Source of the DNA: Lepidodermella squamata
Taxonomy: Eukaryota > Animalia > Gastrotricha
Direction: 5' to 3'
Assembly: GCA_047495785.1 (NCBI GenBank)
Contig: JBLDXI010000029.1
Coordinates: 2,852,001 to 2,916,000 of the forward strand
Length of the DNA: 64,000 bases
The translations under genes were made by a program, and so were the position numbers. The notes beneath the pieces were generated by a model, which worked only from the letters and a program-made list of their open reading frames with translations, searched no databases and was not told where the DNA came from. Shown piece by piece: positions 11,575 through 23,400 of the stretch (positions are counted from its first letter, which is position 1; every line of letters starts with the position of its first letter).

Positions 11575-13534
11575 TTAGTGATGGCCGTGTTCGCGTTGGT
11601 GAATCTCCGCGTAAATTGCGAAAAGCGCAATAGGCGTTACGATAATGCATAGAATGTAAAAAACGGCGAAAAAGCGGTCAACAACGTGCGATACGTAATA
11701 CCACTGCATTTGCCTCATATCGAATTCGACATGCCAGTTCTCAGCTACGTGCATGCTCTCTTTCCGCTTTATCTCAGCTGTAGTCGATTTCTGCTGGGAC
11801 CGGGATTTGTTGGCGCGGGAAGTTCCGTTTGATTTGATGTAACCACCGGGTGGCGGGGCGCCGTTCGAATCAGATGAGGGTTGACCATTCGGGATTTCAC
11901 TTTCACTGAACGACCCGCCATTCGTTGTCGAGAGTTCGAAGCTATCGTCAAGATCCGCATTAGCTATCTCATCGATTCGATGAACTGATTGCGGTTGATA
12001 AGGCATGCAGACCAACATTCCAACGCATTTGAAAAAGCAAAGCAGCCAGGCAGGGACATGCGCTGGGGCAAATGCGCCGTGGGAGTAGATATGATTCACC
12101 GCATACATCCCCAAGCCTTCACCGAGCTGAGAGAGGGAAAAAAATTAAGGAGGTTCACAGCTCAATTTCATCTTACAATTGAAATTGCGATGTAAGCCAT
12201 TTGCAAGGCGATATAGATAGTGAGGAGAGGAATGTTGTCACTCGATCTTGACCCAAAATCGTGTTTGACTGGGAATATTAGGGTTAAAAGCATCATACCT
12301 CGGCAAATCTTCGACAACCATAGTTTGAAAAACCAAGTAGGCAAGTAAACAAGTGAAAGAGATGCAGATTTTCTCTGATTCATGGCTCGGAACAGCAAAA
12401 GCCGCTAAATGTGCCAAAGAGATCAGAAGGCTTGGAATTATGACGTTAACCCTAAATGAACATTGAAATGAAGGCATCTGGCTAGTTAAGAACAGATTTA
12501 CATGTAATATCCAACTTTTCTTCGAATAGTGAAGTAGAATTCAATGTGTTCAAAAGATGTTGAAGGGTCTAAATAGGAGAAGTTCATCATAGCCATTGAT
12601 GTCCCAATCAAATCCCATTGCTCATTTGTTTTGTAGTATCTCAAAGTTATATTGTTCGAGGCTTCGAATTTCATGTAAGCCCTCGTATAACGCCAGCTAG
12701 AAAATCGAATGTTACAGTACTTTCTGTAGAAATAATTAGGTCACCTTTCTAATTCGAGAGCGCAAGTTTGTGTATCGAGAGGGAACAGAGTCATGTCGTA
12801 ATGGCAATACACTGCAAAAGTTCCGCCCGGGCTGTAGATCGTATAGCCGTTTGAGTGGATCCTAACTTTCTCATCTTGCTTGCCCATCAACGTGTACCGC
12901 CCATCCGAGTTCATCTGCAAACTTATCTATCAAGCTATTCGAAATTGTTAAGGTGGATTACCTGAGCTATGTCTGGAAGCCAAATTTTCCTGGCAGGTAA
13001 TACTGAAATTGAGCCAATTTGCTTCAAAAGAAAATTCCTTCAACTGAAGAGAACTTACCAACGTAATTAACACAGCTATATGGAAACTTGTGCCTCCAGA
13101 CACGAAATCCATCCATCCACTTCTAAAATTCAGATTTTATCCTTAATATTCACAATTTCGATACATTACCACACTAAGATATCCGGAGATCTTCATTATA
13201 TTTTCGCGCTCCGACTGAAAAATTAGGAAAATTGTCATTTTGAAAGAATCCGGGTACTGTAAAGCATGCCCACCACTTCAGTTATAGAAGAGAGCACAAA
13301 GCTTATGTCGACTAGCACCGTATCGCTTGAGTTCAGTCTTGGCCGCGTCCATTTTCCGTAAGGTTTGAAGAAAATATCGGCCACTTCTTGCTCGGAAGCT
13401 TTACCTGTCGCGTTCGCTCCCAGGCATTCACTGGGAATCGCTGGAGGGGCTTCAAGGGGTATTTCAATTGCTGAAATTATACATCCATAAGTTAACAATA
13501 AATTGCTCGCCAGTTGGATATAATCATAAAACAT
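11575..13534 (-). CDS. Cys-loop ligand-gated ion channel subunit B (non-alpha nAChR-like, multi-exon), paralogue of A
   Basis: WTRP, KIWLPDI, Cys-loop CHYDMTLFPLDTQTC, M1-M2 VNVIIPSLLISLAHLAAFAVPSHESEKICISFTCLLAYLVFQ, M4 QWYYVSHVVDRFFAVFYIL. Confidence 0.93.
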
Positions 13535-16500
13535 TTAGCCCGCTATTGAAAAAATGAAAGAAATGTACACTGTCTGCTAGTAAATTAATAAAGATAGCAG
13601 CCTGAGTATAGCAATTCCGTATCAGAAACTCGATATCCGGTTGTAATGAAAACTTCTTTCGACTTCCTGTCATGATTTAGGTAATAAAAAAATCGATTGC
13701 AATAATATAAGAGAATCTATATGTGAATTAAGAAAATTGCTGGGAATAGAATTCCTTGCATCTAGCCAACCAGGAACCAGGACAAAAAGGAGTCCACCAG
13801 AAATACACCACAGACGAAGATCACTCTCAAGAGTGATGTACGGAACAAGGGCTCAGCGTAGGCACGTCGAAGTTGTGCTGGCCTAGTAGTAATTTTCCGA
13901 TAATGCAATTTTTTGCGTCCGCAAGTGGCAGAGGAAATGCTTCAGACATGTAATATGTTTCCAGCTAGAAAAAAATCACGTTGCGTCACGCAAATCGAGT
14001 GATTTGTTGCATTAAAAATTAATTAACCGAGGTTTACTAAAGGCTTTACTACCTCAGGCTCAGGTATGTTCTGCTCGCTACTCTTTGACATTTGTATTCC
14101 CTAAAAAACGGCTGGCACTAGCAGGCCTGATAAAATGCTAGTACAGCTAACGTTGAATGAATGACACATCGAACTGCCTAAAGGTGTAAGTGACACGTCG
14201 GTGTTATGTGAATGATAAAGAATCAAGGCCGTCGGTTTTGATATGATTGCCGTTGGTGATGAAATATGAAATAAAATTCGGACAATGAATGCGTCGAATT
14301 TTCTGAAGTCGTTGATCAGCTAAATGACTTGACTGGCGGTACTGGCGGTTTTCCAGTTAGTTTGGTTGATACGCCCCTCGAATTTTATTTTCTTTGTTTG
14401 CCGGATGGTCGTCGCTGATAGAGCTAATTCGATCCGGACCCGGCGGCTTGTCCCGCTAGCTCAAGTCCGAAGTTGAGCATGTTCAGATGCAGAGTAATCA
14501 AACTCAAAAAGACTCGAGAACTTCTGGCCAAACATGCTATATAGTCTATGTTTTTTTCTAGGCCACTCATCATACCTAACATTACCCTTTTCCTTACTGC
14601 AAATCAATTACGGTTGTCGGTTATCGGTTATCGGTTATCGGCTGTTACCGTTGAAAAAAGTTCGTGCACCTGACCATTCGTGAGAAATCAAGTCCTAAAA
14701 AAAGCATGCGACAAATATTTTTAATATGTTGAAATTGTGAGATTGATCACAATTTTGAATAATTACGATAAGTTGCAGTTTTTTGGTTGAGATCATATTT
14801 TGAATTTAGCGCGCTATTTGAATTTGGCCAACGGAAATCGCTCCGCAGCCCGCTTCTTGAGTCTCGAGTGTGAATTCGGCTGCTCAAGTGGTTAGTGGCT
14901 GTGTTTTGTGTTTCTGCTCCCCTTTATCCTTTTATCTCCCTCGCCGTTGAATGTAAATGGGGTTGAGAATAGCTGAAATAGCTAATCCTTCGGAATTTCG
15001 CGGCACCCACCTCTCACGGCTCACCTGATTCCTTAGTTTTGACCGACTTCGCTCTTTTCGGGGTTAGTACCGAGGCTCCAATTTAGCTTGCCGTTTCCTC
15101 CCATCTCTCTTACTTCGTTTATCGCTGAACATTATTTGGGCAATGACAGGCACGGCGAGGCTATTGTTTCGTAAGTAACCTGTACACTACACTGATATTT
15201 ACCTTGTTCCCTCCTTGTTCCTCATCCCTCAAATTTGCCATATTTGTTTCTTCATAACTGAAAATTAACCCTTTGACGCGCAAGTGTATTGATCATTTGT
15301 TAATACTCTTAACTCGTAACCGCAGTGCGCAAATCAGATAGAAGCTCCGATGCTCGGTCACCGAGCTTACCTACCCTCATAGCGGCCTGGTGCATATTAC
15401 ATACAAGCATTAAGGCGCTTCATCTGTGTTGCTGAGTTGACACCTTACTGTTTTGCTGCTACTTCTAATCGTAAAGTGGAAGGAGCTATTTGTTATAAGT
15501 ATGGCGCTGATCAATCTGCTTATTTGATCATCAGTTGGCATTGAGCGTGTTTCTCTGGTCCAATTAACTCAAGCACAAAATTCTAGCAAAAGCTAATCTG
15601 AGATGCTTAGCAAAGACATAAATCAGCTGTCTGTGTCCTTATCATTCGCGGTACGGGAATAAGCCGACATATCTGTATCTGCTCATGTTACAGTGACATG
15701 AAAGCGTATTTCATCTCTTATCAGTTTAGTTACGCATTCAAATTCACTCAGTGATTGAGTTTAGACTTCAATTTTCGTAACTGTGAAGGTGCTCACTTAA
15801 TTTCGATTGAATTTGTGCACACCGTTCCTGTTGCAGCGCTCTAAATTACGATTGGCAAATTCTTAATTGAAGAGAATTGAGAATCATTGCGTTTTGATTG
15901 ATCGATCGAGGGTATTTGACCACCAAACTTACCTGCGGGGCTGTTTATTCGTCTAATTTGCATCCAGCGGACGTACTCTAACCACCCTGTTTACTCTTTA
16001 TTTACTCGTCCTTAATTCATATATCGTAGCTTGTGTCATCGTTCATAATTGACCACCGTATTTGTTTTACGCAACCGATTTCGCGTTTAGCCTTGGGTTG
16101 TTTTCTCCGAAAAAAAAGTATTTTTCAACTCGCGAATCAGCGCTGTCGACACTATTTCCTGTGTTAGTATTGTTTCGATGAGTAAGTAAGTAAGTAAGTA
16201 AGAAAGCTAATACCTGAAGAAATCGATTAAGTGACTGTATATCAGCGTCGCGTGCGCGTGCGAGCGTGTTGATTCAACAACACACATGTGTCTCACCGCC
16301 CGCCCGCCCGCCCGCCGCCGCTTCATAAACATTATAGTCGCGAGCCAGGTGCGGCGGATATGTACGATTCGTTAAGGATTCCGCGCCGCCTTAAATCTAT
16401 GCGTTATTCATATTGTTACTTACAACAGTGTGAAAATGTGTTGTATTGTTATCACAATATTACATTCAAACGACCATTCGATAGCTTGTAGATTAACTTC

Positions 16501-17455
16501 CGCGTCCGCGGGCCGGCTTAAGGCGGACGGACGTGTTAGTCGTTAGTTTTTCACACTAGTACACCTATGAACTTCCTGCAACAATTTCGCTTCCTGGAGC
16601 GCAAAAACCCGCCGCTGCCGCCAAAAAACAGCGGCCCCGTTGTATCAATAGTATCGACCGGCGAGGACGATCTCGACATGATGTTTGTTGTTATTTGCTA
16701 CTATTGATCGCGCTTGTTTACTATTATCGCACAGGTGCTCGCACCGAGGCGAAAAACTAGACTCTATTTTTAAGGTGGCATGTTTGTCAATTAATTTGTC
16801 GCTCGCCCCTACCCAAAATCATCGTGTTTATTCATTATGACATGTGACACGCGGCTGAAGGCTGAAGGCGGAAACATTAAGGTGGTGGCGTAATTTTCGA
16901 ATATCGCCATAGGTCACCGGTCTTATTTCAGGGATGAGCATTTCTTACACACTACCACCACTCGACTCTTGTGTGTGCGTGCATGCCTCGCGCGCTGACC
17001 CCGCTGGCCATTATTGAGATGACTTTGTTAAGGCGGATCGATTCTGTCAGCTGTCCAAGTTTTGTTAGTTACCTACCTTTATTGCGCAAATACGAGACGG
17101 CCGCGCGCGCGAAGAATAAACATTCTTCTTTACAGATAATATCTTACAGAGCGCGTCGTATTTCTCTCAATACATCATACCTGACTCCATTTTAACCGCG
17201 CCCGCGATGTTTTGCCTATATAACTTAATTCAGCTAAAAAGCGCTGTGTTTATTTCAAGATTTTTGTTGTTGTTTATCGCGCGTAGGCGAGCGGCTCAAA
17301 ACATTCTAAAAATTCCACCTTAAAAACGCCCATTTTTAGTAAATTCAACCGTTCGACCATTAAAAACCCCACCTTAATTAAGCTAAATTCTTACCCTTGA
17401 GTGATTTCAATGAAAATTTCCCCACCGCCCTGTCAAATCTGCTCATTCGAAAAAA

Positions 17456-20400
17456 ATGGCGAAAATTTTAGAAGAAATCGACGTGCAACCGCCGGCTAAA
17501 CGGTTGAAATTAAAGTCGATGAAGCGCCATACTAGTCATAATTTTTTCGTATTAAAACTGAAATCTCTACTACAATTTCTTGTTTGGCTACTCTCGAACA
17601 GGAAAATTAACCTGAATACGAGCGATAATGAGGACGAAATCGTGATTTCAACGCCGAAAAAATCGACCCCGCGAAAAATGATTTATCAAGACTCTGGCAA
17701 TCACTCGGCGGCGAATAGCGACGATCTGGCGTCGAACGCGTCATCGGACGGGTTGACATCGGCGTCGAATTCGGACCGAATCTCTTCGAACAACGCTCAG
17801 GACGATCTTGTCATGAATTTTCGGTGTTTAAAACGCCAAAATTCGAGCGGGAATTTGGCGATTTTAAACCAAACGCCGGTTAAAATTCGGCCGAGTTCTA
17901 GCATGTCGAATATCGATTCATCCAGCGGCGATTCGAGTTTGAAGACGATTATTGTTGAAAAATCGCCAATTGGCCCGCCGGCGACGAAGTCTCCCTTAAT
18001 TATTTCGTCGCAAAATCGAGGGAATAACCGAACTCTAGGCGATATGGAGCGAGAAATGGCTGAAATGCAGAAGACTATCGTCGATTTACGGCTTCGGCTC
18101 GAGCTCTACTACGAGCAGTCTCACGGCAAAATTGTGTCACCTAGCGATATCGAGTTGAAGAAAACGGCTATGCTACTCGAGTCGGAGAATAAATCGTTGA
18201 AGGAGAAAATTTCGCAGTTGGAATGCGATCTGCAAAAAGCGCTTGAGACGTATCCGCAACTGGTGGCTGAGTTGAATGCGGCGCGGTCGAAATTGGCGTA
18301 TACGCAGCAGCATCAGCCGTACAAGCCGGCGATGTTGAATGCGACGACGTTGACGGATGAAAATACGCCGCCGGTTCAGGTTTACTGTGAGAAATGCGAC
18401 GAGGGCGCGCGGCTTCGTGATGAAATGTTTACGATTTTTACGGATGAAAAACGTGAGCTTAATTCTGTGATACATGATCTTCGGTCAAAGGAAAAAGTAA
18501 GTTTATCGTTTTTTTTCCTGAAATGTTTGTATTTTTTTTTAATTATTTCTAGGTGAGTAAAGAAAAAATCGCGAATTTAACAGACGAAAATCGCCGGTTA
18601 AACGAATCTTTGCATCTTGAGAGTGAGGTATGCAATCATTTTTTCATTTGAAATTTTTAAATTTCACTAGAAATTTCAATAGTAATTTGGTTTATCGTTC
18701 AGAATTTTATGAAAAATAGTTTTTGCTGACTCGGGATATTTTCATTTTAGACTTCATCGTCATTTCTTATTTAGCCGTGAAAGCAAGTGTACAATTTTCA
18801 AAATTCAGGAATTTCAAAAAATTGGAAAAATAATATTTGAAAAATCTAGAATTAATTGAGAATTTAGTTGAGGTTATAAACTTAGCCCAATTAACCTAAT
18901 TTTTTCCACGAGCATCATCGAATTTTGTTCCGAAAATGTAGAATAGAAAAACAATAGTTGGGGAAAAAATTGAGTAAAACTGCAAAATTTTGTGTTGTGA
19001 TATATGGCGATTTTTTATTTTCATGCTATATTTTGAACTAAATTTTAAATTTCATCTTGAAAAGAGAATTTTTCAAAATATGCATAGATTTTATTTTCAT
19101 AGAAACGGGAAATCGCCTGAAATTTAACTGAAATTTTTCCTATGAATAAAGGGATCTTCCAGTAATTTCTTCTTAATTTTTGAGCGAATCTGGTTTTGCT
19201 GAATTTGAGAATTCAAAAATAGATCGATTGTCCTGTTACGAGAATTTTTTCAACATTTTGATCCTTGTATCATATTTCTATCAAATCACTGTTTTAAAAT
19301 TCATGGCCGATGAAAATCAGCTTAATTTGAAAATTTAGCCCTAAATTTGGTTCTATGCCAATTGAGCAAACGAAAATAGAGCAAGGGCTTTTGAGCAACG
19401 ATATTAGAGCAAACGAAAATAGTGCAAAACGACTTCTGAGCAAACGAAATTAGAGCAAAATGACTTTTGAGCAAAACGAGATTAGAGCAAAACGACACTA
19501 GAGCAAATTATATTTATTTAAATAACAGCTGCAATTAATTATTAAATTTGCTCTCGTGTCGTTTTGCTCAAAAGTCATTTTGCTCTAATTTCGTTTGCTC
19601 TAATATCGTTGCTCAAAAGCCCTTGCTCTATTTTCGTTGCTCAATTTTCGTTTGCTCAATTGGCATAGAACCCTAAATTTCGCTGATTTTGAATTAAATT
19701 CTCGAACAATTATTCTGATTTTTCTTATTCTTTTGTTGATAATCGATGAATAGGTCGGATATTCTCGTTTATTTTCGCTTAAAAAGTAACACAATAGCGG
19801 TCAAGTGTTAATTGCGACCAGAATTTCGCTTCATTATTCATGAGATCAACATTATCAATATGTCGCGTTGAAAAACCGATCAAATTATTGACCGCCCCCT
19901 AACCAGCCCTCTTAGTGCATATTTTTTCTATTTACTTTATTCACCGCTTGAAAAATGATGTCAACTTTGGTTTTTATTCAGAAAATGGCGAAATTGAAAG
20001 CGGATCTTGAATTCAGCGGGAAATCAACCACGGCGCAGATATCGAGTCTCGAAGAACAGATGGCTGTGTTGAATAAAGAGCTGGACATGGAGCGGCAGTT
20101 GCGGCAGAAGGCGACGGCGGATGCGCAAAAGCGAGCGGCAACGTCGTTGGAGCGCGAGGCGGCGATGACGAAGCAGATCGAGCAGATGCGGGCGCAGTTG
20201 GGCGAGCGCGGCGAGGAAATTGCCGAGTTGCGGCGTGATGTCGAGGCGAAGGATGCGCTGTTGAAGTCGCAACGCCAGACGGCCGTTTGGGAGATTGAGG
20301 ACTTGAAGCGGCGGTATGATGAGCTGGAATCGTCGAAATTGGAAGAAATCAACAGCCTCGAGCAGAAAGTCAGGTTTGTGTTTTAGACCGCAAATTTGGG

Positions 20401-23400
20401 TTGAAATAGATTCAATTCGGCGAAATCGAACAATTGTATTACAAATTACAAGGGAATCAAAATTGGGCTAAACTTTGAATTATTGATCCGCCTTAAAATT
20501 CGATTTAATTTTTCTGCTAATCTTGAGATTAATAGAAAAATTCAGATTTGGAGCCAAGTTTTTTAATTTAGTTTCTCCACTAAAATGTGAAAGTTTTCTC
20601 AAAAATGGTGTATTATCTTAGGCCTCAAGGTATTATATCTGGAGAAATTGCAGTGGACTTGGGGATAGTCGATTTTTTATAGAGATGCCGGTGAGTTAAT
20701 GTTTTTTCGTCAGCTAATTCCATGTTTTATCAGCTAATTCCAGTTTTCGTCAGAAATACCATTTTCTGTCAGAAATGACACTTTTTTACAGCTAATTAAA
20801 TATTCAATTACTGATTTAATTACTATTAAATTCTATACTGAAAATTCTATACTGAAATTACGCCAGAAAAAATGAGGTTAATCATGGTTTAAATGCAAGC
20901 TTTTCGTCTCTTTCAGATCTCTATCAGATGAATTTAGTTTCTCCACTAAAATGTGAAAGTTTTCTCAAAAATGGTGTATTATCTTAGGCCTCAAGGTATT
21001 ATATCTGGAGAAATTGCAGTGGACTTGGGGATAGTCGATTTTTTATAGAGATGCCGGTGAGTTAATGTTTTTTCGTCAGCTAATTCCATGTTTTATCAGC
21101 TAATTCCAGTTTTCGTCAGAAATACCATTTTCTGTCAGAAATGACACTTTTTTACAGCTAATTAAATATTCAATTACTGATTTAATTACTATTACAATTA
21201 AAACTACATAGTGTTCCCAATTTCACGTAAATAGCGCGGAAATTTTTTAAATATTGCTGGTGCTATGTTTTCGATCATAAATCCCTAGCTAAACCTGAGC
21301 GGAATCCATTTCGACTTTTTGTTCGCAAAGGTGCGCCCCCAGTTCAATAATCCCGATAGATTTCAGGGCTCGGCAGCCAAGTTTATGCGGTTCTGACGCG
21401 TCAAAAACGCAAAAACAGCGTTGTCAGACTTATTCGCGAGATTTTACCGTAAACTGTCCATACCCATTCAGTGCATTTTTCGAAGTTAATTCCTGGCGAG
21501 ACAGTCACGTCTTCAGTTGTAAACATCAAGGTGTCCCATCCATATTTTGGTTGATTTCTTTAACGATTCTTTACTATACTGGTTATAGTACTGGTTTTTA
21601 CCGTACTTCTGGTTTTTACCTTAGTGCCACGGAAAAACTATGGTAGCAATCCTATATAGGTATTTTCTACCTGTAAACGCGTAAGGTCAACATGTGCTAC
21701 TAAGACGTCGTGCGATCAAAATCCGAAACCATAGAGCCAATAATTTTGGAAATAGGTTTCAACATTTTCCTACGTTATTTTTCGTGAAACTGGGCGGGAA
21801 ATAGAGTTACTGAGCACTTCTAAATATAAATATAAATTAAATATTAAATTAGCTGTAAAAAAGTGTCATTTCTGACAGAAAATGGTATTTCTGACGAAAA
21901 CTGGAATTAGCTGACAAAACATGGAAATAGCTGACGAAAAAATATACACCCATGCCGGTGCTATCGATCGACTGCAAAAATCGACGAAAATCCTGAAAAA
22001 TCTTGGAATAAGTTTTCAATTCCAATTTTTGTAGTAAATTTCCATTTTCGTTTGGTGGACTCAGGACGCAATTTAGTACAGCGTGTACCAGAAGTAGCGT
22101 AACTTTTTTTATTTGGCAACTTTTTCACAAAATTCAACTAATTTAACAATTAAATCTACCGAGAGTGTATTCCATCTTTTGTCCGCGATTTAACCAAAGA
22201 AATAAAAAAATTACCGGAGAAAACCCGGAAAATCCCGATGTTAACTGGCTCGGTAATTTTCGGTATTTCACCCGGCTGGACTAAATTTCTCCGGACTTTG
22301 TTAATCCCATTAACAAGTGACATTCTTGATTATAATTTTCGTGGTTTTTTGAATTTTTCTAAAAATTTGCTGGCCATGAATGTGGCTTTGTCTCTCATTT
22401 TAGAGTTTTTGAGCTCTTTTCTGTGTATTTTGCTTGGCTTGCGTTACTTATGGGACATGATGTAGGAACGTCTGATTATTGAAATGGAGAAATTATCCCG
22501 AAAAATATTTTTTAAATTCTGAGTTTAAAATTTATTAAAGGGATAGCGGCCCCTTTTGTGCTGGTTTAAAATTTCGCAAATATTCCTCTTATTCGTGCTG
22601 ATGAATTGTCTACAATTTCTGCCAAGTTAATAGCTTCTTTAAGTCCCCCTTGAATCAGGGAAAATTAATTAGAGTAGAAAATCGGGTCTTACCAAATTTC
22701 GGAATTTTTAATCCTAAAATCGGAGCTCTCTTTTATTCAAAATGAACCATCTTCAAATTCAGCGTAAAATTCTGTATGAAAGACGCATTCTTCACTTTAG
22801 AATTCATACATTACCTTAAAATTCGTAAAAAGTAAAAATATTCGAAAAGCGACCTTAGGCTTGATGCAAAATTGGCTTGGCAGCATGCTAATTTGGTTCC
22901 GCTAAAATATATTCTGTAGAAAATTTAGTATAAAAAACTGCGATTTCGAAATTGAAATTACGCCAGAAAAAATGAGGTTAATCATGGTTTAAATGCAAGC
23001 TTTTCGTCTCTTTCAGATCTCTATCAGATGAATTGGCTAAAACAGCCGTTGCGCCAACGTCGAGCTGCGACGATTGCGACATGGGTCTTCCGCGGTCGGC
23101 TTCTTCGCCCGCCGCCGCCTCTACCTCGAATTCGGCTCTCGTTGTTGCTCAACTTTTCGACCAGAACAAAGACGCCATGCTGACTGCGATGGCTTCAGAA
23201 CTGGCGAAATTCTCAAAACAGCTCACTGTCCGCGATAAAGCCATCTTAGGCCTGACGAAAATGCTTCAAAAACAAAATCAACAAGTGAGTCATTCCTCAT
23301 TAATTTGAAAAAATACAAATTCAGCGAGTAAAATTTAAAAAAAAACTAATTTTTTTGAAATTTTGAAATTTAAATTTTTTCTAATAATTTTGTCAAAAAT

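Noticed and set aside
15143-15176. Candidate first coding exon of centrosomin (ATG...TTTC|GTAAGT)
   Set aside because: The phase 1 donor does not match the phase 2 acceptor at 17602. It may be a non-coding exon but cannot be supported.
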